Under the pieces are notes generated by a model. It saw only the letters and a program-made list of their open reading frames with translations, was not told the DNA's origin and made no database searches. 49,996 bases of DNA. Origin: Paraglomus brasilianum (taxonomy: Eukaryota). The stretch lies in NCBI GenBank assembly GCA_910592345.1, contig CAJVPI010000140.1:1-49996 (forward strand), given 5' to 3'. The position numbers and the translations under genes are program-made. This document shows positions 1 through 11,622 of the stretch, piece after piece (the stretch's first letter is position 1; every line of letters starts with the position of its first letter).

Positions 1-277
1 AATTCGGGTGATCGACATGCTGATCGCTACTATCAACAACATTTGGAACCCCTGTATGGGGACATGTCCCATGACTAATTAGTAGCATGCATGTCATTTA
101 ATTTAGCATTGTATGCTTTCAAAGAGGTGTGATGTTTACTCGTCATACCGATAAACTTGCGAATCGTAAACTTGTTCACACAACCGGGTGCAATAGAGTC
201 AGCGGGACATCGTAGTCATTAGTAATAGTTCCTAATTTAACCGTTACTATCTGCTCATAAGCAACGGGCACTCGAAG

Positions 278-3042
278 ATGAGTTCATGGGAGGTTTTAGT
301 TCAGAACGCTTATAATAATGTACAAGACGGTAATCTAAAGGTTTGTACTATATATCACTCTCGCATGTCTAAAACAACCTATCAAATGATCAAAGGAACT
401 GAACCTTGACGATTTTACTCTGTAATCGTTATTATTTATCATCAGAACGCGTATGCTGGATACCTGAAAGCTGCTACCCTCTTACTAAACAAACTGGCCA
501 CTGAAGCTCCTACTAAAGGTGACGATCCTTCTATTGCATATACTTCAGTACTTGCATGTGAATTGTGTTCCATACAAAATAACGCGATTTAACCATTATA
601 TTTACTGCATGGATACTATCTATATTACATTCTCTTCATACATGCGGTGTCTGTTATACCCTCACAATATTACTAGCAGATGCCAATATTAAATCCAATA
701 GCATTCGTTCATTCCAACAGCTTAAAACATGCATACAACATGCAGAGGATATCCTCGCAAATCGAGTCATAAATGGCACTCTTCCGTCCCCACAATCATC
801 CTTCAACGACGTTACCCCATTGCATTCACCTTCAAGCAACCTCCCATTAGTACCATTCTCTCCACTCACCCGCCAATCACTCATGACCGTAAGTGCCCTC
901 GCCACTCTATCCAATAAAGTTGCAGTAACCAGACAAAAACCCGTAACCGATTCAAACGGAAGCAGTGAGCATGCAAACAAAGAGTTTCGTAAACACATGG
1001 AGGAGCTCCATTCACAGAAGGCCAGACTCGATAATATCAATGTGCATATACAAACTATCTCGACTAAATCACTGATTCACTGGGATGAGGACACAGTTGC
1101 GAAACAACTGACCATTATTGAGAGTCAACTATTTACAAAAGTAGATGTGAGGAAAGATTTCTTATCGAAAGATAAGAAAAGGTCTTCAGTACAAGCATGT
1201 TTGGATTTCCATCGATATTTGACTAATAGTCTTACCCATCAATTTATTATATTTGCTGATACGGTGAGATCAGGACAGAATCCAGGGAGAAGTCAGCAGA
1301 ACGACAATATTATTGCTCGAGGCATTAAAATTGCTTATCTTCTGCTACATGTTTATCGTAATTTTAATAGTTTTGCAGCCATAGTGAAGGCATTGGTTTC
1401 TCCTGAAGTACGTCGTTTACGCCGTCTATGGGTCAATCTTAATACACGTACTAGTCAAATTCTTAAGGATCTTGTAGTGTACATTAGTCCTGCCAATGAG
1501 TATAAAGCATACAAGGAGTTTCTCATCCAGAAGGTGGATTCATACCGTGATCATGAAGCTGGTGTGATCATCGTACCGTGGATGTTACCGCACTATGAAG
1601 AAATTAAGAGTGTGTCTCAGACTTGCGGTGATTCATCAATAGAGGCATTAGGAGCACGTAAACGTTCCTTTATCTTCTCATTGCTTGAACAATGCCAATC
1701 TAACATGATTTCAGCGGATGATGACGAATGGGGCAATACACGGAAATTGTGTTCGTCTGGATCTCGTGCCAAGGATACTATGGTTGTTGATAGTGTTACA
1801 ATGGCGTGTCCACCTGATTTATCTTGTTTAGGAGTTGGTGACCTTGGAGTATATCACTGGTTGGTGTCGCGTGTTTATCTGACAAAGAGACAGTTGGTGG
1901 ATGAAAGTTTGGTAATCGAGCCATTGGTTAATGGCGAACCAGTGCTCAGGGTAGATGAGGATGAGTTATATGATTACAATAGTGATCAGATTAGCGTTGA
2001 ACACGAAGATAGTGCGAGTGACTCTGGGGATGCCATTGATCAGAAGTCTTCGTTCCAGTTCCCAGGCAGGATACCGGTGTCTAAAACAACTGAAAGGTCG
2101 AATGAAGAGAATAGAAGTCTCCTTGAATTGCAATTGTCGGATAATAGATCATTACTTAGTTCATTAGAACCATATGTGATTCGTGGAGAGTCATCCACCG
2201 ATGGTAATAGTGATAATAATAGATTGAATGAGACAACAAAGGGGAATTCCAGTACAGCCACTGGTTCGCCATTTGATCTTTTGTCGCTTGACAAAACACA
2301 GACAAAGACAACAGTTACCAGTTATACCCCATCTGTTTCTCATGGTACAAGTACACCGGCAATCAACATACCACAGACGTCATCACGTTCCCATCCAACT
2401 CAGTCATCGCTTCCATCTGACTCATCAAAGTCACTCAATCCAAATGCGCCTGCATTTGTTCCTCGTAGCTTTGGTTCCAAATCCAATCCACTTACGGTGA
2501 CTGGATTTACTGTTCCTAAGACGACTCTTTCGTCCAGTCTGAATGATAAATTCGTATATACTCCATCGGCTACGAATGGGAAGACAATTAATGGGAATGA
2601 CGAGGATGATGTTGGGTTTGTATACTTGGGTGCCGATAGCAATACCAACAACACTGCTGGTGTTGAGGAAGACGATGAGAAGTTCGTGTACACGCACAAA
2701 GAGACTAACATGGAAGAAGACGATGATGAAACACCGTTTGTGTACTCGAGTAACAATAACGATGAAAATGGTGACAGCAATGATAAGTCTCCAATCCGAG
2801 AATCGCCCGAAGATACGTTTGTATATCAGCCTAGTAATGAAGACAAGAAGGTGCCTGGATCACCTAAAGCAACACCATATGTTATTGGACATAGTTCCAG
2901 TACAGGAAGCGATTCAGATGTGGGCTCTGGTAACGCTGAAATCGCACCAGTGTTTACCAAAGTCTCCGAGAGTAAAGCGGTGGAGAACATCGGCGGTGTT
3001 GATGAGTTGAACATCAAATTGAATACCGAAGCAACGGATTGA
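278..3042 (+). CDS. RasGEF (CDC25-like) domain protein with MIT-like N-terminus and low-complexity acidic C-terminal tail; exons 278-340, 446-518, 677-3042
   Basis: The 740-aa ORF contains VAKQLTIIESQLFTKV, RNFNSFAAIVKALVSPEVRRLRRLW and IVPWM, typical of RasGEF catalytic domains. Two upstream GT-AG-bounded exons join in frame (MSSWEVLVQNAYNNVQDGNLK/NAYAGYLKAATLLLNKL...). Confidence 0.85.
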
Positions 3043-3849
3043 TGTAAATTTATATTATTCATTTTGTGAAAGGTTGGTATTTAAATTGACTATTAGTCTG
3101 ATAGTTGGTTTGTCTGTCTGATAGTTTTAGGTTGTTAGTTGTCCTATTTATTAGGGAACTCTACGTTAAAGCCGTTTACGACTGTATTCTCTGTAAGTTT
3201 AGCTCGTTTTCCGTACAGTGAGACAATATAAAGTAGAACGTGGTTAACAAAATATTCGAGTTCCTGTCGATAAGCATGCAGAATCGGGTGATTCCATAAG
3301 TTATTCCATTTCTTATAAATTAAATTCAAATTTTTTCCTGTATAATGTTGCATGTTGTGGGTAATATAAACGGGAAGGGATGTACAAACTGTTAAATTAT
3401 CCGGTTAGATGATGAACGAGCATTGATACAATTGGCTAGTCTTCGCGAATGCCGAGACGCATAGAACCCTCCCAATAGAAAAATACGTATACATCTAAAA
3501 CTGCAATTGCCGACCAGTTGGCTCATAGGATAATAATAATACGTATTGTAGACATCAAAATTCTTCACTAATAGGGCCTTCTTCCATTGTGATATCTCGC
3601 GTTCTTGTTACTACTCGGATTAGCAAGTGATCTACATACAGTACCCGGGTGATCATCCATACGTGTGAAGTAAAAATTTCACTAACACGATGCAATAAGT
3701 AAATTTACTGCATACGTTTTATAAGTTTCACAGACTTATATAAATATTGAGTGAAAGATAAAGGCCTACGTCGAAGATAAAGATTTACGAAATTCTATGT
3801 CAGAACGTTAGTTATAATGTAATGCGGCGAGCATTGAAATGATGGAGAG

Positions 3850-5060
3850 GATTTAGTCTAACTTGCCAGTATAGATTGGTCTTGGGCAAGTAATATCCTT
3901 GAATTCATCTCTAACAAATGGGCGGATATTATGATAAAGATATTCTCGCACTTTTATAATCCAAAGGAGGTGTTAGTATTAGGATTGAAAGAAGCAACCA
4001 GCTGAGCTTTGACAGCACCAGGTTTGGCTGCTTCGAATACAAAATACTGTAAGCCACTCAATTTTTTAAAGAAAATTCCCAACACGAAATTCATAGCACT
4101 GAGCTTTGTTTAATCCAGCGTATTCGACCTTTTCACAACCTCAACAATATGATCCACACAAGCTACAGTCGTTTTGCGGTATAGTTTCTTCATCAATCCA
4201 AAACTACCCATAACACTTAAATTTAGCATGTCCAGGCACCATAAAATTTAATTCGATACTTTCATATAACCGCAGATTACTAAATATTGGTAAAATCAAA
4301 TGGTAGCATTATTTTTATTCTGACCACCAGCGTTATCACAAGTAATTTTTAAATGTTTTTCGCCTTTATTCAATCTCTTAATTCCATCGAATACCATGCT
4401 CAGCGTGCCATTAGAACCTTTGCCTATTGTTTCGTTCTCATCGAGAACGTAATTAATTTGTTCGCGTACTGCTTCATCTTGAATACCAAATAAATGCACT
4501 TTACGCGGACTAAGATAATAGATCTTACTTACCTGTTGATTGGAATGGGGCACGCGAACGCTTTGTGCTCAATCGTAACAGTAGTGTCAATACCTTCGGT
4601 CACATGATAATTCTTGTCCACTATTTTCTCTGTTGTTCAGCTAATTTCGTATTTTTGTATAATAATTTCTTTCTAATTTAGCCTTAACTAGATGTTCTTT
4701 GTATTTTTTCAATAAGTCTTTTGTTTCCTCCTCCTTACGAGCATTATACTGTAAACCATTCCGAAAATGTTGGCACGCATCACATAATCCGTTCTTGGGT
4801 TCACAATTTGAATATAAGGCGTTAATTGGTGTGCGGAACGCATCGTATTTTAACAATTTCAACGCGACAAAATTGCGATAGACCGATTTATAACTCGTTT
4901 CAGCTGGCAAAAGTGTAAGCGATTGAGTAATGCGATTGACGTTTCTACCAAGGCTTGGTAGTCCATGAATTTCAGCATAATTCTCAAGAAAATTCTTCAC
5001 GGCTGTAGCAACGGTTATATCAATGGTTATTTTGGTCTGCCATCGCGGCACTCTTTTCAC
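3850..5060 (-). pseudogene. Degenerate DDE transposase, Sola-like (DNxxGQNKN family)
   Basis: Frameshifted fragments FLENYAEIHGLPSLGR, LCDACQHF, IYYLSPRKVHLFGI, GKGSNGTLSMV and ITCDNAGGQNKNN, followed by an FMVPGHAKF-like segment. Several stops and frameshifts; element ends not identified. Confidence 0.7.
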
Positions 5061-6061
5061 ATTGCTATGAACACATGGTATTTAGTATTATCCCTTAATC
5101 TGTAGGCCAATTTTTGGCAATTTTGACACATAATCTTATGATGCATTTTTGAGAACAATATTTGCACTTTGACCATTGAGAAAAATAATTTACCTAATCC
5201 TGGAGATTTAAATGAGCAAAATTACATAGTAATAGTGAAAGGATGTGTGGTTGAAGAATAATGCACATTTAATTTTATTTTTTAAAAAATGTTTAGGTAA
5301 AATTTTCAAACTTTTGCAAATTCTGCTTTATTTGAACTATGGCATGCCTCAAATCAAGAAAGTGGCTAGTTTTTACAGAATATTTGATATCTAGTAGTAG
5401 TAGAGGACATGCCTCATCAAACCTAAACAAAACATTCATGCACATATTGTTTGGATCTCTTAAGTATTGCTGTATATAATAGTATACCAGAAGTTTTTCA
5501 AGGGCGTTTTCAAGTGTGTTGGGAAAGCTGATATCTTTCTTTTTCTTTCATTCTAAGTTTGTCTTTGTCTAATTGCATTTTGTCTGTTTTTATATGTTCC
5601 TTTGCCCATTCTTTGGGAGTTTTTGATGAGTCTGCAAGTTCCTCAAGACATGTGGCAAAGTATGCAACATATGTCATCTCTGCTTCTCTAACATAACACC
5701 CTCCAAATTGATGAACAATATGGATAACCATTTCCCTTCTGAAAGCTGCAATAAAATATGTAAATGTCTTTTGTATTCTGTAGCCAGCTGACGGATGGCT
5801 TGCGACTTTCCCCAGCCACTTGCCTTTGCCTATACGATACGTGGCTGTCAACGTCCCTCTCCAAAACCAGGAATATAAATCCTAGTTCCTAGTTATTACT
5901 CCTCGACATTTTCCTAGTAGACTGTGTAGTATTATTATAGGATGTTGACGGACGGTTGCGCCGTGTAATAGTATTATTATAGGACGGTGACTCTACTATT
6001 CCAAAAATGAGCAGTTAAATATAATATAAGTGAGCAGAAAACTACCAGAATCAAATTTCAA

Positions 6062-6360
6062 TTAACAAAGATAGATTATATCGATAAACCTACCAGAAGA
6101 AGGCTCAGCTATACCCGTAGCATAATAATAACATAAACCCAATTTATAATAAGAATATGGATGCCCTAATTGGGCTGCTTTTTTATATGCCAATGCAGCA
6201 AGCCGGTAACACTGTCCTATACCATCCCCGTTCTCATACCGTTGCGCAAGGATGAATAATGCATTGGCCAATTCCTCGTTGAGCTGCTTTTTGGAAACAT
6301 TCGGTTGCTTTCTGTCTATGCCAGTACCGTATTCGTAGCACCAGCCAAGAGCAAACACCC
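6062..6360 (-). pseudogene. Sel1-like repeat protein fragment
   Basis: ALGWCYEYGTGI, LAQRYENGDGI and YKKAAQLGHPYSYYKLGLCYYYATGI match the Sel1 repeat consensus. No intact gene structure seen. Confidence 0.75.
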
Positions 6361-7062
6361 ATAATAACTCTTATACCCTCGAGTTCATCTTTGAATGAGT
6401 TTACATATAACCTAGCTCTGCTACGATGCAGCTCATCCCAACTGATAACTTGATATCATTGTTTGTTATGTAGCGGCTTGTGGTTATAACATTCGTAACT
6501 ATCCTCCCAATAAACGTGCGTTGCTTGCTTGCTTACTATGTTCTTCAAGATATTTTTCGTATGCAATCTTCCGCTTGTTCCAAGGTTGCGTTGGGATTTC
6601 TCCGCCGTATTATAAAGAACTCGCTTTCACTCAGTCCATGTTGCCAGTAGTATCTTGCTGCGCTCCCTTGCATCATGGGGCATATCACGTTGTAGACCAA
6701 TTGCATGCATCAAATCAGATTGTCCGAACTGCGCCCCTGTGATTGATGTTTAACCTCCACAAATGCAACGCCGGGCTTTGCATTTATGGAGGGGTTCCTT
6801 ATTAGGAAATATATTTCAAGAGCGCTGCAACAATAGAAATAATAAATTCAACAGATGCGCTTTTGTCAAGACTATAAGAAACGATCTTACGTTGATAGGT
6901 CGCTCAATCAGCGAAGGAAGCTTTTACGTTAAATTGCTTTTTTTTACCTTTCTTCAAGTTATTTTTTCTTTCTTGGTTCAACATGTGTTGGTGTTAATGT
7001 TCGTTTATTAGTTATTATTTTCCTTTTTTGATAAACTTCATAAGTAATTTTTTCTTTATCTA

Positions 7063-7822
7063 TGTTACGGTCGGGAATTAAATGGGGGCTTGGGGAGAGC
7101 GATTTATCTTTCGCGTAGGCGTGTTCGTCGACCGGGAGAAGTTACCAGGCTTAGCTCGTACTATCGCCCTTAATACGATAGTTGTACAATTAAGACTGAA
7201 TTAAGCCTACAAGTGACCTTAATTATTTATGCGCGCTTTTCGTTCCCTATCCGAGTTTCAAACAAATAAGGGTATCTCTAATAGAATAATAACAACAATG
7301 ATTCTACTGTATTAAAGAATCGAAGTGGAATAATGCTATTTTAAAAATAATATAAACAGGGCTATCTTCGATTTGTTTGTTGTTCTACTAAACTAATTAA
7401 ACAAAACTCTCGTTCCGTTATTCACGTAATTGATCCGCGGACAACTTACTAGTTTGATCAAATCAATGCTATTCCGTTACAGTTTAAATGAGCCGTTTAT
7501 TGGAGTGTCCGGCCTAACAATCAATTATTTCGACGATAAAAGAATTAAAACGTATATTGATTAAAGGATTTCGGGAGAACACTACTAATATCAGTAATAC
7601 TATTAATTTATTTGAATAACAACTTCACGTTCGATGTTCGCACAACACAATCTTTTGACGATGGAAATTGAGCTACTTATATATCTTTTAGCGTCGCAGA
7701 AAAAGTGAACCGCTTTTAGACTACTAATTCCTATGAAGAGTAATTGGATAAAATATAATGTCAATCGTGGGCTTTCTTGACTGCAGAGGAAGATTTTATC
7801 ATCAGATCAGCTTGCCATAACA
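7063..7822 (-). mobile_element. Solo LTR, same family as the LTR at 37610
   Basis: Begins TGTTACGG and ends CCATAACA (terminal inverted repeat, TG...CA). About 550 bp are clearly homologous to 37610-38180. Flanks tcta/tata are an imperfect 4-bp TSD. Strand is inferred from the gypsy copy. Confidence 0.7.
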
Positions 7823-9519
7823 TATAGATATCCCTGGAGAGTTTGATTTTAAAAACATAATAATAAGGGGCGATTATTTCTCCTTGAGCTTTCTTTAATG
7901 GTGCTGCTCCATAATAATAATGGATTTGATGTAAATTAGTTTCATATTAATATTTTTATACAGAGATAGCCATATTAATATACACAGTAAATAGCACAAT
8001 CAATTTAAACGCCTTTGACTTTTCTTTTCTCTTCATCATCTTGCTCGTTATCATCCTGCTTTCCATCTTGATCTCAATTTCTCACCTCTTCATCTTCAAC
8101 TTCAAACTCACTCTTTACTCTTGGGTGTATCTCCACCCTATGTTTTACATTAATGCAAAATATTTAAATCTCTTTGATATCCTATTACAATACATAATAG
8201 CTTAATATTATTACTGATAATTTTCATAGTGTTAAATAATACATTTTAGTTCTTTGGACTTTTAAATTCAAATAAATAGTAAGACTAAAACCGACATGTT
8301 TTATTTCTACTTAATATTAAATAAATCAATGTGTTTAGTACTTGATATTCTGTTCCAATTTTGGCCCCTCTGATTGGTGGCCGCAAAATCATGCGAACGG
8401 ACAAAAAAAAGCAACGTGTACCACGATGTCAAGTATGTCTGTTGTAACGCAGAGAGAAAAACTGAAAAAGATGATTTGAAGTCACCCATAAGCGACATAC
8501 AGCAGATCGGAAACACATAACGAAACGCGGAAAATTTGTCCTCAATTTGCACCATTCTCTGATTGGAGTTTTGCGTCCCTTTATTAGTTACACCTACGAT
8601 TGAACGCTAAAGGTGTACTTGCACTAAAAAGGCGCCATTATAAACCCTCATCTTAATTAAGTTATTATATTACTCATTAACAGTACCCGAATCAAAGTCA
8701 TTTGGAAAAAAAAATGACACGACTTCAGTGCAGTCATATTGGGCGGTAATGACCTTTGTTAGATTTTTGGAATCACAATTTGCAAGAAAAATGGGATTCT
8801 TTCAGTATTAGTCCTTATTTGGATTGAGCAGTCTGGCTGACAACCATATCTGATGCGCTTCATTCCTTCATCTCTGGTATTTTTCCCAAGTCAGGAAGCC
8901 TATGTTATAATACTAATACCCTTCCAATAAATGCTGAAAATTTCTACCACGGCTACGAAATAAATTGGCCGTTTGTTAATTTTTTAAATTCTCTTTAGTT
9001 GGCTTGGTTACTGGATTTATCATTTGACAATTGGTTCTGTAATCAGACTAGAATCACTTTATACAATTGTTTATGACCATGCATTATCTCCTCAAGAAGC
9101 TAGTCGAGGCCAGACTCGAGTCTCCAGAGAGTTGTTTTTCTCCGGCTTTTTTCCCCTTAGAGCTTCCAATGGCTGTAACGGTTTAATTACAATGTTTTCT
9201 TTTCTTCCTGCGGAACGTTTAGGTGGGAGGAAGAAAGACGATTACATTGTCGCAAGCAAATATGATAACCGTTTTTAAAGCTATTTATTGTACAACGTAA
9301 GACGGCATATTGTCCATTAATGACGTTACATATCAATAACACGTTGTCGTCACCGATTCATTGACTCATCGCCGTCGTTACTCCGACGATCTACTCGTTG
9401 GTTTGAAAAAGGATAATTTTGCTGAAAAATATTCCGAGACGTAGCACAGTATTCAGCCTTCCCCACGCTATTAATTGATCGTTACAGCGATCCAATTCAT
9501 TCATATTCTATCAACAATA

Positions 9520-10380
9520 ATGTCTTCTTCTTCCTCTTCTTCTCTCAATTCTTCTCCCACTTCTTCTTCCTCTTCCTCTTCTCCCCCTTCTTCTCCCCCA
9601 CCCCCCTCCTCTATTTCCTCTACTCGTGCTAACGAAAAAACGGCAAAGCCCAAAGTAGAACTAATATTCTCAAACTCTGTAAAATACTCTGTGCACAAAT
9701 CACGAATACATTACGAGAAACTATCTACATTTATTGAAGAATGGTTACGATATGTCAACACATTCAACTATCCATATACAATGTATTGCGACGATAGCAA
9801 AGAGGCATGCGAATGGCATTCGGAGAAGGAAGATGTTGTACAGAAAATCAAGGAACTGATGGAGAGCGAAGAGGGTACATACATAGATAGTCTGATCTTT
9901 GTGGCAGACAAAACGGTAAGTTTCATCCTTGATACATGTGTAGGTGCTCTGTTGAAAAAGGGATCCATGGGGTTTTGTATTCTCTTCATCTGATTTACAT
10001 TTAAAACTCCAAATTCGTATGTAGGGCGGCATTCTAACATTCGTGAAATACAATGTGGACTTTCTACTTCTTATTTTAACAGTGATATGTTTCCTGTGGT
10101 TTTTATTCTCTGAATCATTCGTGTCGAGAACCTCACTACATATTGTTGGTGGTACATTTCTCTTTAGATTAACGAAATATGTCGAATTACCATTTGCAAA
10201 CTATTTCAAATCACTAACCCGTAAAGACAAAACCGAATAGAATATTGATCTTCCAATTCATTGACTTCTTGCACTTTTTAAATTTTGTTTATTCATTTAT
10301 TATCACTAAACTGGGGGTTTTTTTAATAATATATCCATTAGGAACAAAATCATAACATATACTCTGATCACAAACATTAA
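9520..10380 (+). CDS. Hypothetical protein with Ser/Pro-rich N-terminus; putative exons 9520-9915 and 10342-10380
   Basis: ORF with a plausible globular part (KVELIFSNSVKY...IDSLIFVADKT), strong donor GTAAGT at 9916, a CTAAA branch-like site and TAG acceptor at 10341. Confidence 0.45.
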
Positions 10381-11622
10381 AAATGAAAAGTACTTACTTG
10401 AGAAATATCGCAAGTTTGATGAATACACTGATCAGAAGGAAACTGGCCTATTTTTTAGATGAAAACACATGAGCTAGCATGGCAAGACGGCAGAGATCTC
10501 ATTGGGATTATTAGGAAAAGCGAGATTGCGAACAAATCATCATAACCGGATTCTTTACTGGGACACCCTCGTCCCACAATTATGTGGGATTCTCTTCAAA
10601 CACGAGTCATCAACTGTCTTTACATGTGATATTGAAAAGTAGACTTGAATGACCCCTGTTTGTCGTTTGTGCTATATATAGCACTGTCACATCCAGACCA
10701 GAAAAAGCTGGCTTTTTTTTCTTTTCTTTTCTTTTTTTCTCCAGCAAGTCGCAATTCTTGTTTTTTTGTTTGTTTGTTTCACGTTTTCTCGAGTTTATTA
10801 TGTATCAGACAATATTCTGAATCCAAGAATTATGTACATTTATGAAATAAGAGGAAATACTATGAAACCAGGTCAAGGTAGCGAGAACATCACAGAGAGT
10901 ATAGATTGGAGAAAAGAACACGCAAGTATTTTACAAGAAAAAGAAAGAGTCGAGATTAAGCAAACGCTTTCGTAATCTGATGCGCGCGAGAAGTATATAA
11001 ATCCGCATAAGTTTAGGAAAAGGGAAAAAGGAAAAAATAAAAGCAAAAAAAAAAAAAAAAGAAAAAGGGGAGGGGGAGAGTCTAAAATTCACTGGTATTC
11101 TTTTTTTTCTTTGTAGATTTAGATGATGAGAAAGGAAGAGAAAAAAAAAAAGAATCAGTGCGTCTATATATTTTTCTTGTGTAATCAAAAAGGTGAATTA
11201 GAATTGTCTGTATCGTGAGAGTGATAAAAGAATATCATGTAGTAGAAACTGAATCGAATTAATCCAATCATACCCGACTCGATCCAGCAAGAAAAACAAA
11301 AGCCAGAAATCCTATTCTAACCATTTCCGAGGAAAAAGAAATCTATGTAAAAAAAAGAGAGAGAGGGAAAAAAGGGAGAGGAGTATAGAAAGATAGAAAG
11401 AAAGAAAGAAAGAGAAAAAGAGAAACATAGGCTACAAGGGATGCAAAAACCAATGCAATCCATTTTATAGGAATCTCTCTTTCTCTTTCTATTTTTGAGT
11501 AAATTTTTTTTTTCAAATCTTTTATAGAAAGCACAACCTAATATAACCCAAATCCAATAAGCCATCACCCATCCCCCGCCTTGAAAATTCCAAACACAAA
11601 AATACCAAGTAAAGAAAAACGT

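Noticed and set aside
654..3062. Antisense and alternative-frame ORFs overlapping the RasGEF gene
   Set aside because: Shadow ORFs of a long coding exon with no independent features.
5510..5851. 113-aa minus-strand ORF as a real gene
   Set aside because: No ATG start, lies in a CpG-depleted relic and shows no recognisable domain; probably a TE fragment.
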